The translations under genes were made by a program, and so were the position numbers. A model generated the notes under the pieces. That model worked only from the letters and a program-made list of their open reading frames with translations, did not search any database and had not been told where the DNA came from. A stretch of DNA of 49,267 nucleotides from Eubacteriales bacterium (GTDB lineage Bacteria; Bacillota; Clostridia; Oscillospirales; CAG-382), in assembly GCA_045577475.1 (NCBI GenBank), contig JAZNIM010000249.1, positions 1 through 49,267 of the forward strand, in the 5' to 3' direction. Below, in pieces: positions 1-8,193 of the stretch (position 1 is its first letter; every line of letters begins with the position of its first letter).

Positions 1-488
1 GTAATTTCAAGGTCTGCACCGAGTTTCTTTACAGCCTGATGATGCATACTGTTTGTACAAAAGCTATTCCCGTAAATAGAAGTCATAATGTTTTCACCTG
101 CGGTAAAAGCCTTATGAACGGCATCAGCACCGTTTTCACCTCTATGGATATGTGAGTTATCAATATGCTGATATAGCGTTCCGCCGAAAAGAACATTTAT
201 GAGCTGATGACCTCGGCAGATACCGAGTATCGGCTTACCGAGGCGGATAAACTCTTTAGCTACGGCAATTTCAGCTTTATCCCTTTCATAATCAATACCT
301 ACCGAGCCGTCAATGACTTCCCCGTAATATTCGGGACTTATATCGCTTCCTCCGCAAAGGATAAGACCGTCATAATCGGTGCAAAGCTTCGGACAATACT
401 CAGCAAAAGCCAAGCCGCCGCAATTAATTACAGCGTTAATGTAATTATCCTTATTGGCATTGACTGCAAGAAGAATTCTTGGTTTCAT
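1..488 (-). CDS. Class I glutamine amidotransferase / peptidase C26 (gamma-glutamyl-GABA hydrolase-like). The 3' end is cut by the window edge.
   Basis: My own minus-strand translation from ATG 488 gives MKPRILLAVNANKDNY..GLILCGGSDISPEYYG..GKPILGICRGHQLINVLFGG..SMHHQAV. The GICRGxQ nucleophile elbow and the HHQ His motif are typical of GATase1/C26. A GGTGAG SD lies upstream. The track ORF 207..512(+) is its antisense shadow. Confidence 0.8.
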   Translation of the reverse strand, partial: MKPRILLAVNANKDNYINAVINCGGLAFAEYCPKLCTDYDGLILCGGSDISPEYYGEVIDGSVGIDYERDKAEIAVAKEFIRLGKPILGICRGHQLINVLFGGTLYQHIDNSHIHRGENGADAVHKAFTAGENIMTSIYGNSFCTNSMHHQAVKKLGADLEI

Positions 489-544
489 ATTCTCACCCGT
501 TTCATAAAATGACGGTAAAATTATAATCTCACTTTACGAAAAAG

Positions 545-1516
545 TCAATAGCAAAAGGAATAATCCTCATATGCTTTTTGGCATCCGTAAAGTTCATTTC
601 CGCCGCAAGTATACTCCTTCATTTTCAAAAGACACATGGCAATTGCCGTTTCCTCCTCGCTGAGTCTTGCTTCCCTGAAGGGATACTCGTACAGCACCTT
701 ATCCTCAAATGTAATTCTGTCGTTGAAAAAGCCGTCAAGATGTCCTGAAGATATATGCTTGATTTCGCTTTCCACGTACTTATTTTCTTTATTGAAATAC
801 CTCACAGTATTATTATCAATCTCGCCGCGGCTTCCTCTGATGAGTAGCCTGTTTTTACGGATTGGTGAAAAATACTGCTCTTTGCTGTGGTCATACACAA
901 CCGAGACGTTTTTGAATTTAAACATTCTAAATGTTTGCTGTGCAATAATCTCAGATTTATCGGATATTTCTCCCTGTCTGCCGTTTGTTTTAAGAACCGT
1001 ATCATCAAAGACGTACTCATTAAGCAAAATCGGCTTTTCGTAATCGTCAAGGAAAAATCTTACTAAGCCCATAGCGTGGTAATCGTGACAGCAGGAAATA
1101 TTTATATGACACACTTTTCCTATAACCCCTGAGTCGATTATGCTTTTTATTGCCTGATACGTTCCTTTCAGGTGGAACTGCTCGGCTACCTGAATACGCT
1201 CAAACGCTTTATCATTTTTAACAGGCTTCATAACAGGTGTTTCCGCAAGCACATACACACCCTTATTTGCAAGTGCAACCGACATATCAAAAATATCAGG
1301 CTTATTGATACAGTTAACAATGAAATCGCATTTTTCCGACAGCATCTCGTCGACGTTTCTGAAAATCTTAATACCATATTTTTCGCTGAAATATTTTGCT
1401 TTTTCATCATTTCTGACGCATATGCCAACGGCTTTAAAGGTGTCGGGTACAAGCCTTGCTATTCTTGCATAAAATTCAGCTCTCCAGCCTGAACCGACTA
1501 TTCCGTAAGAAATCAT
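545..1516 (-). CDS. Gfo/Idh/MocA family NAD(P)-dependent oxidoreductase
   Basis: Track ORF 545..1558. The N-terminal Rossmann segment ISYGIVGSGWRAEFYARI fits the family. I moved the start to ATG 1516, which is preceded by a GGGGAG SD. Confidence 0.75.
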   Translation of the reverse strand: MISYGIVGSGWRAEFYARIARLVPDTFKAVGICVRNDEKAKYFSEKYGIKIFRNVDEMLSEKCDFIVNCINKPDIFDMSVALANKGVYVLAETPVMKPVKNDKAFERIQVAEQFHLKGTYQAIKSIIDSGVIGKVCHINISCCHDYHAMGLVRFFLDDYEKPILLNEYVFDDTVLKTNGRQGEISDKSEIIAQQTFRMFKFKNVSVVYDHSKEQYFSPIRKNRLLIRGSRGEIDNNTVRYFNKENKYVESEIKHISSGHLDGFFNDRITFEDKVLYEYPFREARLSEEETAIAMCLLKMKEYTCGGNELYGCQKAYEDYSFCY

Positions 1517-1547
1517 AATTCTCCCCGCTTTCATATAAAGCACAATT

Positions 1548-1575
1548 CTCCACAGCACATTTTTCGGCTGTGGAG
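1548..1575 (-). terminator. 9-bp stem-loop between the DUF5107 gene and the oxidoreductase gene. It may be a partial terminator or an mRNA-stabilising hairpin.
   Basis: CTCCACAGC (1548-1556) pairs with GCTGTGGAG (1567-1575) across a 10-nt loop. On the minus strand only a weak U tract (aauugugcuuua) follows. Confidence 0.35.
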
Positions 1576-1582
1576 ATGCTTT

Positions 1583-4500
1583 TTAATTAAGAAAACCAAG
1601 CTTATTATAGAATAAGCCAAACAGGTTTTCATTATTCAGGCAAACACTTTCTTCAACTCTTGACTTTGACTCTTTTTCATTTTCCATAAAATCGTGACAA
1701 AGAGAAGTAAGGTAAAGGTGCTGTGCACGTCTGAGTCTTTCGGGTTTATCCACAAATGAGATAAAGAAGGGTGTTGTACCAAAGAAGCCGTTATCATAGC
1801 CATCCTTAATTTTATCCCATTCACGGATGTACTTAGTAATAAGGTGCTGTGCCTTTGTAGGCTGTGACAAATGCAGGAATGACTTTGCCTGCCAGTAAGG
1901 AAGCTCTTTGAGGTGCATATTGCTGAAGTATTCAATCTGAACTGTTGAAATATATTCAAATATTTCGTCAGCCTTTTCCTTTTCGCCCATTTTTTCAAGA
2001 CAAAGTGCCTCGTGGTATTTAAGAGGAATACGCTTACAATGGTTCCAGATACCTGCACCCAAAGACTGAGGAAGCACCTGTCCCTTACGGAACAGTTCAA
2101 TTGCTTCATTTACGTTTCCGTCATCAAGCTGTTTTTTACCCATTACAAGGTATGCAAACATATACTGGTCAGCTATGGCATGCTCTCCGCCTTCGCAGGG
2201 AACAAAATCATGGCTCATAAGTGTTTCAACAGCCTTTTCGGGCATGAATGCCTGATTATATGCCTTTGCAAGCTCGGTATAAACATCGTCACGAGTATAG
2301 CTATGGGAGGTAATAAGCTTAATCTTTTCTTCGGGTGAAACAGTCATCTTATCCATAAGAACCACAGTTTCATAAAGAAGCTGTTCATCACAAGGTCTGT
2401 CACTGAGAACCTCCTTCATGAGTCTGAGTGCATCTTCCTGTCTTTCAAGATGGCTAAAGTATGCAACTGCAAGATTACGCTTTGCAATATAATTGTCCTG
2501 ACATTCTTCCCAAAGCTTTGCTGCCTCGTCATAGTGACGCTTATTATAAAGCAGGCATCCGAGAAGCATTTTAGCTTCGCTGTCACCCGTTTTTTCTATG
2601 ACATCAACAAGCACATGCTTTTCTTCAAGTCTTGAAGGATAGCATTTACCAAGCTCCGCTTCTTTCGCCTTTGCATAACATGCCATGCCGTCATCGCCTA
2701 CAAGGGTCTTGAAGTATCCCATTGCATAGTAAAGAGGTTTTCTTCTGCAATCGGGACGTTTTACCTCAAGTCCGGTGAGGAGCTTCAGCGCATCCGCATA
2801 TCGTCCCATTGCATTAAGGTCAAAGGCAATATCAAGACAGGTCTGAACAGCATCGCTGTCCATTCTGTCGTACAGCTTTTCATCGCCGCAAAGGAATCTC
2901 ATCATATGGTCAAGGCTATCCTTACACAGCTGTGATGCAACAATTGCATCGGTGCCGTGTCCAAGCTCTCGGCTTGCTATAACAAGACAAGCCTTTGCAA
3001 GGTTATTGTTTCTGCCGTAGTCAAGTGCGTTTTCGGCATGTCTTACAGCCTGTGCATAGTCCCTTCTCCTGATATCAATAACGGCAATTCTTGTCATTGC
3101 CTTAGAAACGCAGTCGGCGGCAACATAGGCTTTATAATAAGCATCGTATGCCTTATCGGTTTCTCCCTTTGCTTCAAGAATCTGACCGAGAGTATAGTAA
3201 GCCTCACCGCTTTGAGGCCTTTCGTTATACTCACAAACAAGGCTAACTGCTTTATTAGCATATTTTTCGGCACTGTCAAGATTGTAATAATTAAGCTCAA
3301 ACTTTGCCATAGCCACAAGGGACGGAATATGCCCCGGGTCACGGTTTAATGCTTCCTTCCAATATGCATCGGGAAGAACTGCAGGGTCACGGTACTGGTC
3401 AACATGCACGCCTGCAAGATAAAGCTCACGAACAGTTTCAACAGACTTTGCACTCGGCATATCAGTAATAACATCGGGCATTACAAATTTATCGAAGTTT
3501 TCCTCGGTATATTCTGCAACGGTTCTTCCGTTACACATAATTTTTACGGTAACATACTTCGGAAGACCTGCCAAATTCCCCTCATAAACATCATCGGGAG
3601 AAAGAGTGCGAGCAGTATCAAGATATGTACCGTTTTCGTCATACACAAGTACCGATGCATTTTCAAAGGTCTTTGTGGACTGGAGATAAAGCTTATTTTC
3701 CTGTCTGTCAAGTCTGAAAGCACAGTTAAGATTTGCAAAGGTAGGACAGCCGATTTTGGTAATAGGATACCAATGCTGTGAAAACTCCTTGGTTTCATAG
3801 GGTGCAAGCCATGAGAAGTTAGGCTGGTTATCGGAATAAGAGCCTGCCATAAGCTCGGCATATTGACCGTCGGTATCGGTAAGGGCGTTTTCCCAGGAGG
3901 TCGCAAGCTGGTCATATGCCCAGGTGAACATCTTCTTACCGGGAGAAATGTGGTGGTCGCCTATATGCACTACGCCCCCGTCTTTTCCGTAGTCATAACC
4001 GCCGAAAAAGTCAAACTTTGAAGCACATGCAAAATAGCTTGTCGCCTGTCTTGTATTCTTATGCCATGAAATATCTCTGTCGGTATCCATGGGAATACCG
4101 TTGAACACGCCGTTTCCGGCAACGGGATATGTGATTCTTGACTTGAGGTAATGGAAGTTTACATAGGAAACATCCTGAGGGAAGAATATGCGGTAATTCT
4201 CATTAACGGGAACTGCGGCATTCTCCCACCAAAGGAAGGATTTTTCCATAGATGTTCTGTTATAAAGGCACATTTTTGTTTCAAAGCTTGTTTCGCCGGG
4301 CTTTAAAATAATACTGAACATGCCCTTCATTCTGTCAATGGGGTCATGCTCTGACAGGTGGCATACAGCCGTTCCGTCAGCAAGAACCTCTGTATGAAAG
4401 TCGCAAGGCATAAAGCCTGAAGCTCTGTGGTGAAAAGGCCAGTTAAATTCAACACCGCCTGAAATCCATGAGCCGAGAACACCTATAAGTGCAGGCTTAA

Positions 4501-4798
4501 TTACGTGCTGTTTATAAAAGAAATCATAGCCTGTTCTCTTATCCAGTGCACTGTATATTCTACCGCCTATTTCGGGAAGAATTTCAATTTTTACGTATTC
4601 GTTTTCCAAGGTAACAACAGTATATTCCTTATCTTCCTTACGGCTTCTGTCAACCTCGAGAACAACCTTGTTTGGGTACGGTCTGCCGCTGGTTCTCTGA
4701 TGAACTCTGTTTTCGGCAAACATGGGCATATCCTCAGCACAAGGCTCCGGATACGTGGGTATTACCATCTTTTCCACTTTCAATTTTACATTTTCCAT
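1583..4798 (-). CDS. DUF5107 domain + TPR-repeat protein (paralogue A), function unknown
   Basis: Track ORF 1583..4804 (1073 aa). The N-terminal ~350 aa contain GGVEFNWPFHHRA, HHISPGKKMF and DNQPNFSWLAPYETKEF. The C-terminal ~600 aa is helical and TPR-like. There is no signal peptide. I prefer ATG 4798, which has a GAGGAA SD 6 nt upstream. Confidence 0.75.
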   Translation of the reverse strand: MENVKLKVEKMVIPTYPEPCAEDMPMFAENRVHQRTSGRPYPNKVVLEVDRSRKEDKEYTVVTLENEYVKIEILPEIGGRIYSALDKRTGYDFFYKQHVIKPALIGVLGSWISGGVEFNWPFHHRASGFMPCDFHTEVLADGTAVCHLSEHDPIDRMKGMFSIILKPGETSFETKMCLYNRTSMEKSFLWWENAAVPVNENYRIFFPQDVSYVNFHYLKSRITYPVAGNGVFNGIPMDTDRDISWHKNTRQATSYFACASKFDFFGGYDYGKDGGVVHIGDHHISPGKKMFTWAYDQLATSWENALTDTDGQYAELMAGSYSDNQPNFSWLAPYETKEFSQHWYPITKIGCPTFANLNCAFRLDRQENKLYLQSTKTFENASVLVYDENGTYLDTARTLSPDDVYEGNLAGLPKYVTVKIMCNGRTVAEYTEENFDKFVMPDVITDMPSAKSVETVRELYLAGVHVDQYRDPAVLPDAYWKEALNRDPGHIPSLVAMAKFELNYYNLDSAEKYANKAVSLVCEYNERPQSGEAYYTLGQILEAKGETDKAYDAYYKAYVAADCVSKAMTRIAVIDIRRRDYAQAVRHAENALDYGRNNNLAKACLVIASRELGHGTDAIVASQLCKDSLDHMMRFLCGDEKLYDRMDSDAVQTCLDIAFDLNAMGRYADALKLLTGLEVKRPDCRRKPLYYAMGYFKTLVGDDGMACYAKAKEAELGKCYPSRLEEKHVLVDVIEKTGDSEAKMLLGCLLYNKRHYDEAAKLWEECQDNYIAKRNLAVAYFSHLERQEDALRLMKEVLSDRPCDEQLLYETVVLMDKMTVSPEEKIKLITSHSYTRDDVYTELAKAYNQAFMPEKAVETLMSHDFVPCEGGEHAIADQYMFAYLVMGKKQLDDGNVNEAIELFRKGQVLPQSLGAGIWNHCKRIPLKYHEALCLEKMGEKEKADEIFEYISTVQIEYFSNMHLKELPYWQAKSFLHLSQPTKAQHLITKYIREWDKIKDGYDNGFFGTTPFFISFVDKPERLRRAQHLYLTSLCHDFMENEKESKSRVEESVCLNNENLFGLFYNKLGFLN

Positions 4799-4814
4799 TT
4801 TCAATTCCTCATTT

Positions 4815-7800
4815 TCATATTTCTTTTACCGTTTCCTTTATTCTGTCAAAGGCAACAATGGGAAAGTCGTATTTATGTATCTGCTTTGCAACAAGTGCAT
4901 TCTTTTCAGCCCCGTTGAAATCACCAAGTCCAAGATATGCATAGGCTTTAAGTGTGTAACCCAAAAGCAAATTGTTCTTTACAATATCATCCTCAAAGGG
5001 CATTGGCGACGGTGAACCTACGCCGTAATATGTGCGTCTGTCACAGTTTTGGATAAAGCCTTCTGCCGCCGTCATCATTTCCTCAAGAACTTCTCTTGCT
5101 TGGTCGTATTTTCCAAGTTTTCTCAAAGCAAGTGCACGGAAAAGTGACAGCTCGGATACTGCCGCCTTGTACTCGGAAGCCTTTTCAAACAGCTCAGTTG
5201 CATCATTTCCTTTTCTTTCTTCAAGAAGTCCGAGATAGTAGAAAATGTGTGCCTCCTGATTAAAGAATGTCTTTGCCTCGCCGTAAGACTTAGGTACAGT
5301 TACTGCATTTTCATACATTAACTTAGCCTTTTCGTATTCGCCTTTATCCGCAAGCTCATTGGCATAAAGCACATGCATCCAGGCGTGGAGCTTTGTGAGC
5401 TTTCCCTCTCCTCCCTCATATATGTGAAAACGTCTTTGCTTTGCCATGTCTATGGCACACTTATAATCACCTATAAGGCATTTGAGGGTAATCTTATCAA
5501 GGTAACAGTCGTCACGCTTTAACATAAGCTCATTATACTTATCATAAACTTCAAGCCTATGTTCGGGACTGAAATCCATATTTTTAAGTAATTGCTGATA
5601 TTCCATAATAAGTCTTGGCTGGGTATCAAGATATCTGAGTGCATTTTCCATACTGTTCTTAGCACCGAGATAATCCTTCTTCTTGTCGAAGTAATACAGT
5701 GCAAGATTGCGGTACGCTTTAGCATAAGTTTTGTCAAGCTCTACAGCCTTTGTCCAAAGAACAGCAGCCTTATCATAGCTGAATCTGTCGTAATACAAAC
5801 AGCCGAGATAATAATATGCCTTTGCACCGTCGGGATTATTTTTTATTGCTTCTTCAAGCACTGCTATATCGTCAAGTCTTGACGGGAAGCAATAGCCTTC
5901 ATCCATGCTTTCGGCTTTTTTTAGATATTCCTTGCACTTTTCAAACATGGACAGCTTACCGTAGCAGTATGCCTTACAGTAGTCATACATGGGATACTCA
6001 TTGTCCGATATTTCAAGAGCATAAAGTGCATCCTCATACAAGCCTGCACTAATGTAAGAATATGCCGCATCCATGAAGTTTTCGCTTTTAGCATCAAACA
6101 TGCTTCTGATTTCATCGGCATTATCCTCAAAGTGACTAAGCTCTATTCTTGACATAATATCAAGTCTGTCAAGTGCCGTAATCTTTTCTGCAATCTCTTT
6201 TGCCTTTTCGTTTTCACCGAGCTTTCTTAGAACGGCACATTTAAGGTTCAAGGCTCTGAGATGTCCGTTATTAAGTGAAATTGACTCATCAAGGTTCTTT
6301 AATGCCTGTGAAAATCTTCCTTCAATGCAGTCTATCTCGGCAAGTGCAAACAACGCCGCACTTCTGTAGCTGTAATCCCACACCACTCTGTAAAGCGTGT
6401 CATATGCTTTATTATACTCGCCAAGGTACTTTTGCGCAAGTCCTTTGAGGTAAAATGCTTCAACATCGCTTGGATGCTGATTTCTCATTGTAAGCCTTTT
6501 AATGGCGGTATCAGCATATGTGATACACTGCTCAAAGCATCCGTTTTTAAGACTTATACGTGCCATTGAGGTATTGCATCTTATATCCCCCGCATCACGC
6601 TTTATGCCTTCAAGATAGTAGTCACGTGCATCGTAGTTATGCTGTTTATACTGTTCAAGGTGAAGTCCGTTGATGTACAGTTCTTCTACAGTTTCAATTT
6701 CACAGGGTCTTAAAACAGGCTGTCTTGGTTCAATAGGCTCTTTCTGACCTCTGACATAGGTCTTATAATCTACAAGCACCTTACCGTCTTCGGACGTAAG
6801 TGATACTGTCACGTTTTCAATGCTCATGCCGTTCATGAGTATTTCTTTGAGATAGGACTTGTCGGGTGACATATTACAGCTTTCTTCGTAAACCGTCACT
6901 CCTCCATGACAAACAGCCACCTTGCAGTTATCAAATTTTCCTGTCACATTAAAGCCGAAGAAAAGTACATTTTCCCGTTCTTCAACATTTACCGCCGCAT
7001 CTATGGTTGCGTTTTTAACGCCCCCTATATCACGTATGGGATACCAATACTGCTCAAACTCCTTGGTTTCGTAAGGAGCAATCCATGTGAAGTCAGGCTG
7101 GTTGTCGGTAAACACGCCTGTCATAAGCTCTATATACGGGCCGTTTTCATCAGTAAGATTTGAGCACCACATATCACCGAAATCGCCTTTGCCCCAGTGC
7201 CACATTTTTTTACCCGGCGAAATATGGTGGTTTGCAACCGTTGCAATTCCCAGGTTTTTACCTTCATCATAGCCTGCAACAAAATCCATGTCACTCTGTC
7301 CCTGTGAAACAAGGAAGGAGGACGGAACTTTAACGGCAGAATACTTTGAAATATCCGTTCCTTCACCGTAATCGAATGGACGTGCAGTTCTGTAAACACC
7401 CTTAGCTATAGGCCAGCTCATAACACAGCGTCTGTCATGGTCATTTACCCACTCAACGTCAGGCGGAAAAATTGTGCGATAGCTGTCATTAACGGGAACT
7501 GCAAGATTTGCCCACCACATGAAAATCTGCTTACTGTCGGTTCTGTTATAAACCTTGATTTTTGCTTTGATGTAAGACCTGCCTTCATCAACGGTAATTC
7601 CAGCCATGCCCTTCATTCGGTAAAAGGGGTCAACCTCTCCTGTCCACACCGTCTTTGAGCCGTCGGGATTTTCTTCAACGAATGCTTCAAGGCTCATAAA
7701 GGTTGTGGGACGGTGATGCTGCGGCCAGTTAAATTCAATACCGCCGGAAATCCAAGGGCCTGCAAGACCAACAAGTGCAGGCTTTACAACCTCATTATAA

Positions 7801-8078
7801 TATATAAAATCATAATTTCTTGTTTTATCAAGTCCTCTTAAAATCTTACCGCCAAGCTCGGGAGCTACGGCTGTTTTTACATACTCGTTTTCAAGGGTTA
7901 TGATATCATAATCCACATCTTTTTTGTCATCGCTTATACTGTCGGAAAACGGCAGAGGATACAATCTACCGCTTGCACCCTGATAAGGCTTATGTTCAAA
8001 AAACATGGGAAGCTTTATAGGCTCAGCAGGTACATATGTAGGAATACTTTGCTTTCTTCTTGTAACCTTAACGCTCAC
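4815..8078 (-). CDS. DUF5107 domain + TPR-repeat protein (paralogue B), function unknown
   Basis: Track ORF 4815..8087 (1090 aa). It shares blocks with paralogue A: GGIEFNWPQHHRP, HHISPGKKMW and DNQPDFTWIAPYETKEF. I prefer GTG 8078, where GGAG (8090-8087) lies 8 nt upstream. That start gives MSVKVTRRKQSIPTY, which parallels MENVKLKVEKMVIPTY in paralogue A. Confidence 0.75.
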   Translation of the reverse strand: MSVKVTRRKQSIPTYVPAEPIKLPMFFEHKPYQGASGRLYPLPFSDSISDDKKDVDYDIITLENEYVKTAVAPELGGKILRGLDKTRNYDFIYYNEVVKPALVGLAGPWISGGIEFNWPQHHRPTTFMSLEAFVEENPDGSKTVWTGEVDPFYRMKGMAGITVDEGRSYIKAKIKVYNRTDSKQIFMWWANLAVPVNDSYRTIFPPDVEWVNDHDRRCVMSWPIAKGVYRTARPFDYGEGTDISKYSAVKVPSSFLVSQGQSDMDFVAGYDEGKNLGIATVANHHISPGKKMWHWGKGDFGDMWCSNLTDENGPYIELMTGVFTDNQPDFTWIAPYETKEFEQYWYPIRDIGGVKNATIDAAVNVEERENVLFFGFNVTGKFDNCKVAVCHGGVTVYEESCNMSPDKSYLKEILMNGMSIENVTVSLTSEDGKVLVDYKTYVRGQKEPIEPRQPVLRPCEIETVEELYINGLHLEQYKQHNYDARDYYLEGIKRDAGDIRCNTSMARISLKNGCFEQCITYADTAIKRLTMRNQHPSDVEAFYLKGLAQKYLGEYNKAYDTLYRVVWDYSYRSAALFALAEIDCIEGRFSQALKNLDESISLNNGHLRALNLKCAVLRKLGENEKAKEIAEKITALDRLDIMSRIELSHFEDNADEIRSMFDAKSENFMDAAYSYISAGLYEDALYALEISDNEYPMYDYCKAYCYGKLSMFEKCKEYLKKAESMDEGYCFPSRLDDIAVLEEAIKNNPDGAKAYYYLGCLYYDRFSYDKAAVLWTKAVELDKTYAKAYRNLALYYFDKKKDYLGAKNSMENALRYLDTQPRLIMEYQQLLKNMDFSPEHRLEVYDKYNELMLKRDDCYLDKITLKCLIGDYKCAIDMAKQRRFHIYEGGEGKLTKLHAWMHVLYANELADKGEYEKAKLMYENAVTVPKSYGEAKTFFNQEAHIFYYLGLLEERKGNDATELFEKASEYKAAVSELSLFRALALRKLGKYDQAREVLEEMMTAAEGFIQNCDRRTYYGVGSPSPMPFEDDIVKNNLLLGYTLKAYAYLGLGDFNGAEKNALVAKQIHKYDFPIVAFDRIKETVKEI

Positions 8079-8108
8079 AAAAATCACTCCATTAAATTTT
8101 CTAACTTA

Positions 8109-8137
8109 ATTGTACCTCAAAACCTTTTCGTTTTCAA
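8109..8137 (-). promoter_or_regulatory. Sigma-70-type promoter for the DUF5107 pair
   Basis: On the minus strand: TTGAAA (8137-8132), a 17-nt spacer, then TACAAT (8114-8109). It lies about 30 nt upstream of GTG 8078 and just downstream of the GH92 terminator. Confidence 0.6.
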
Positions 8138-8152
8138 TGCTAAAATTGGGGC

Positions 8153-8183
8153 AAAAAAGCACGGGATTTTTATACCGTGCTTT
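8153..8183 (-). terminator. Rho-independent terminator after the GH92 gene
   Basis: The minus-strand RNA reads AAAGCACGG-uauaaaaauc-CCGUGCUUU followed by a U run. It lies 11 nt downstream of the GH92 stop (8194-8196). Confidence 0.75.
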
Positions 8184-8193
8184 AATAATTCAT

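Noticed and set aside
207-512. A 101-aa plus-strand ORF at the left edge.
   Set aside because: The opposite strand encodes a well-formed C26 amidotransferase (GICRGHQ, HHQ) that starts at 488 and has an SD.
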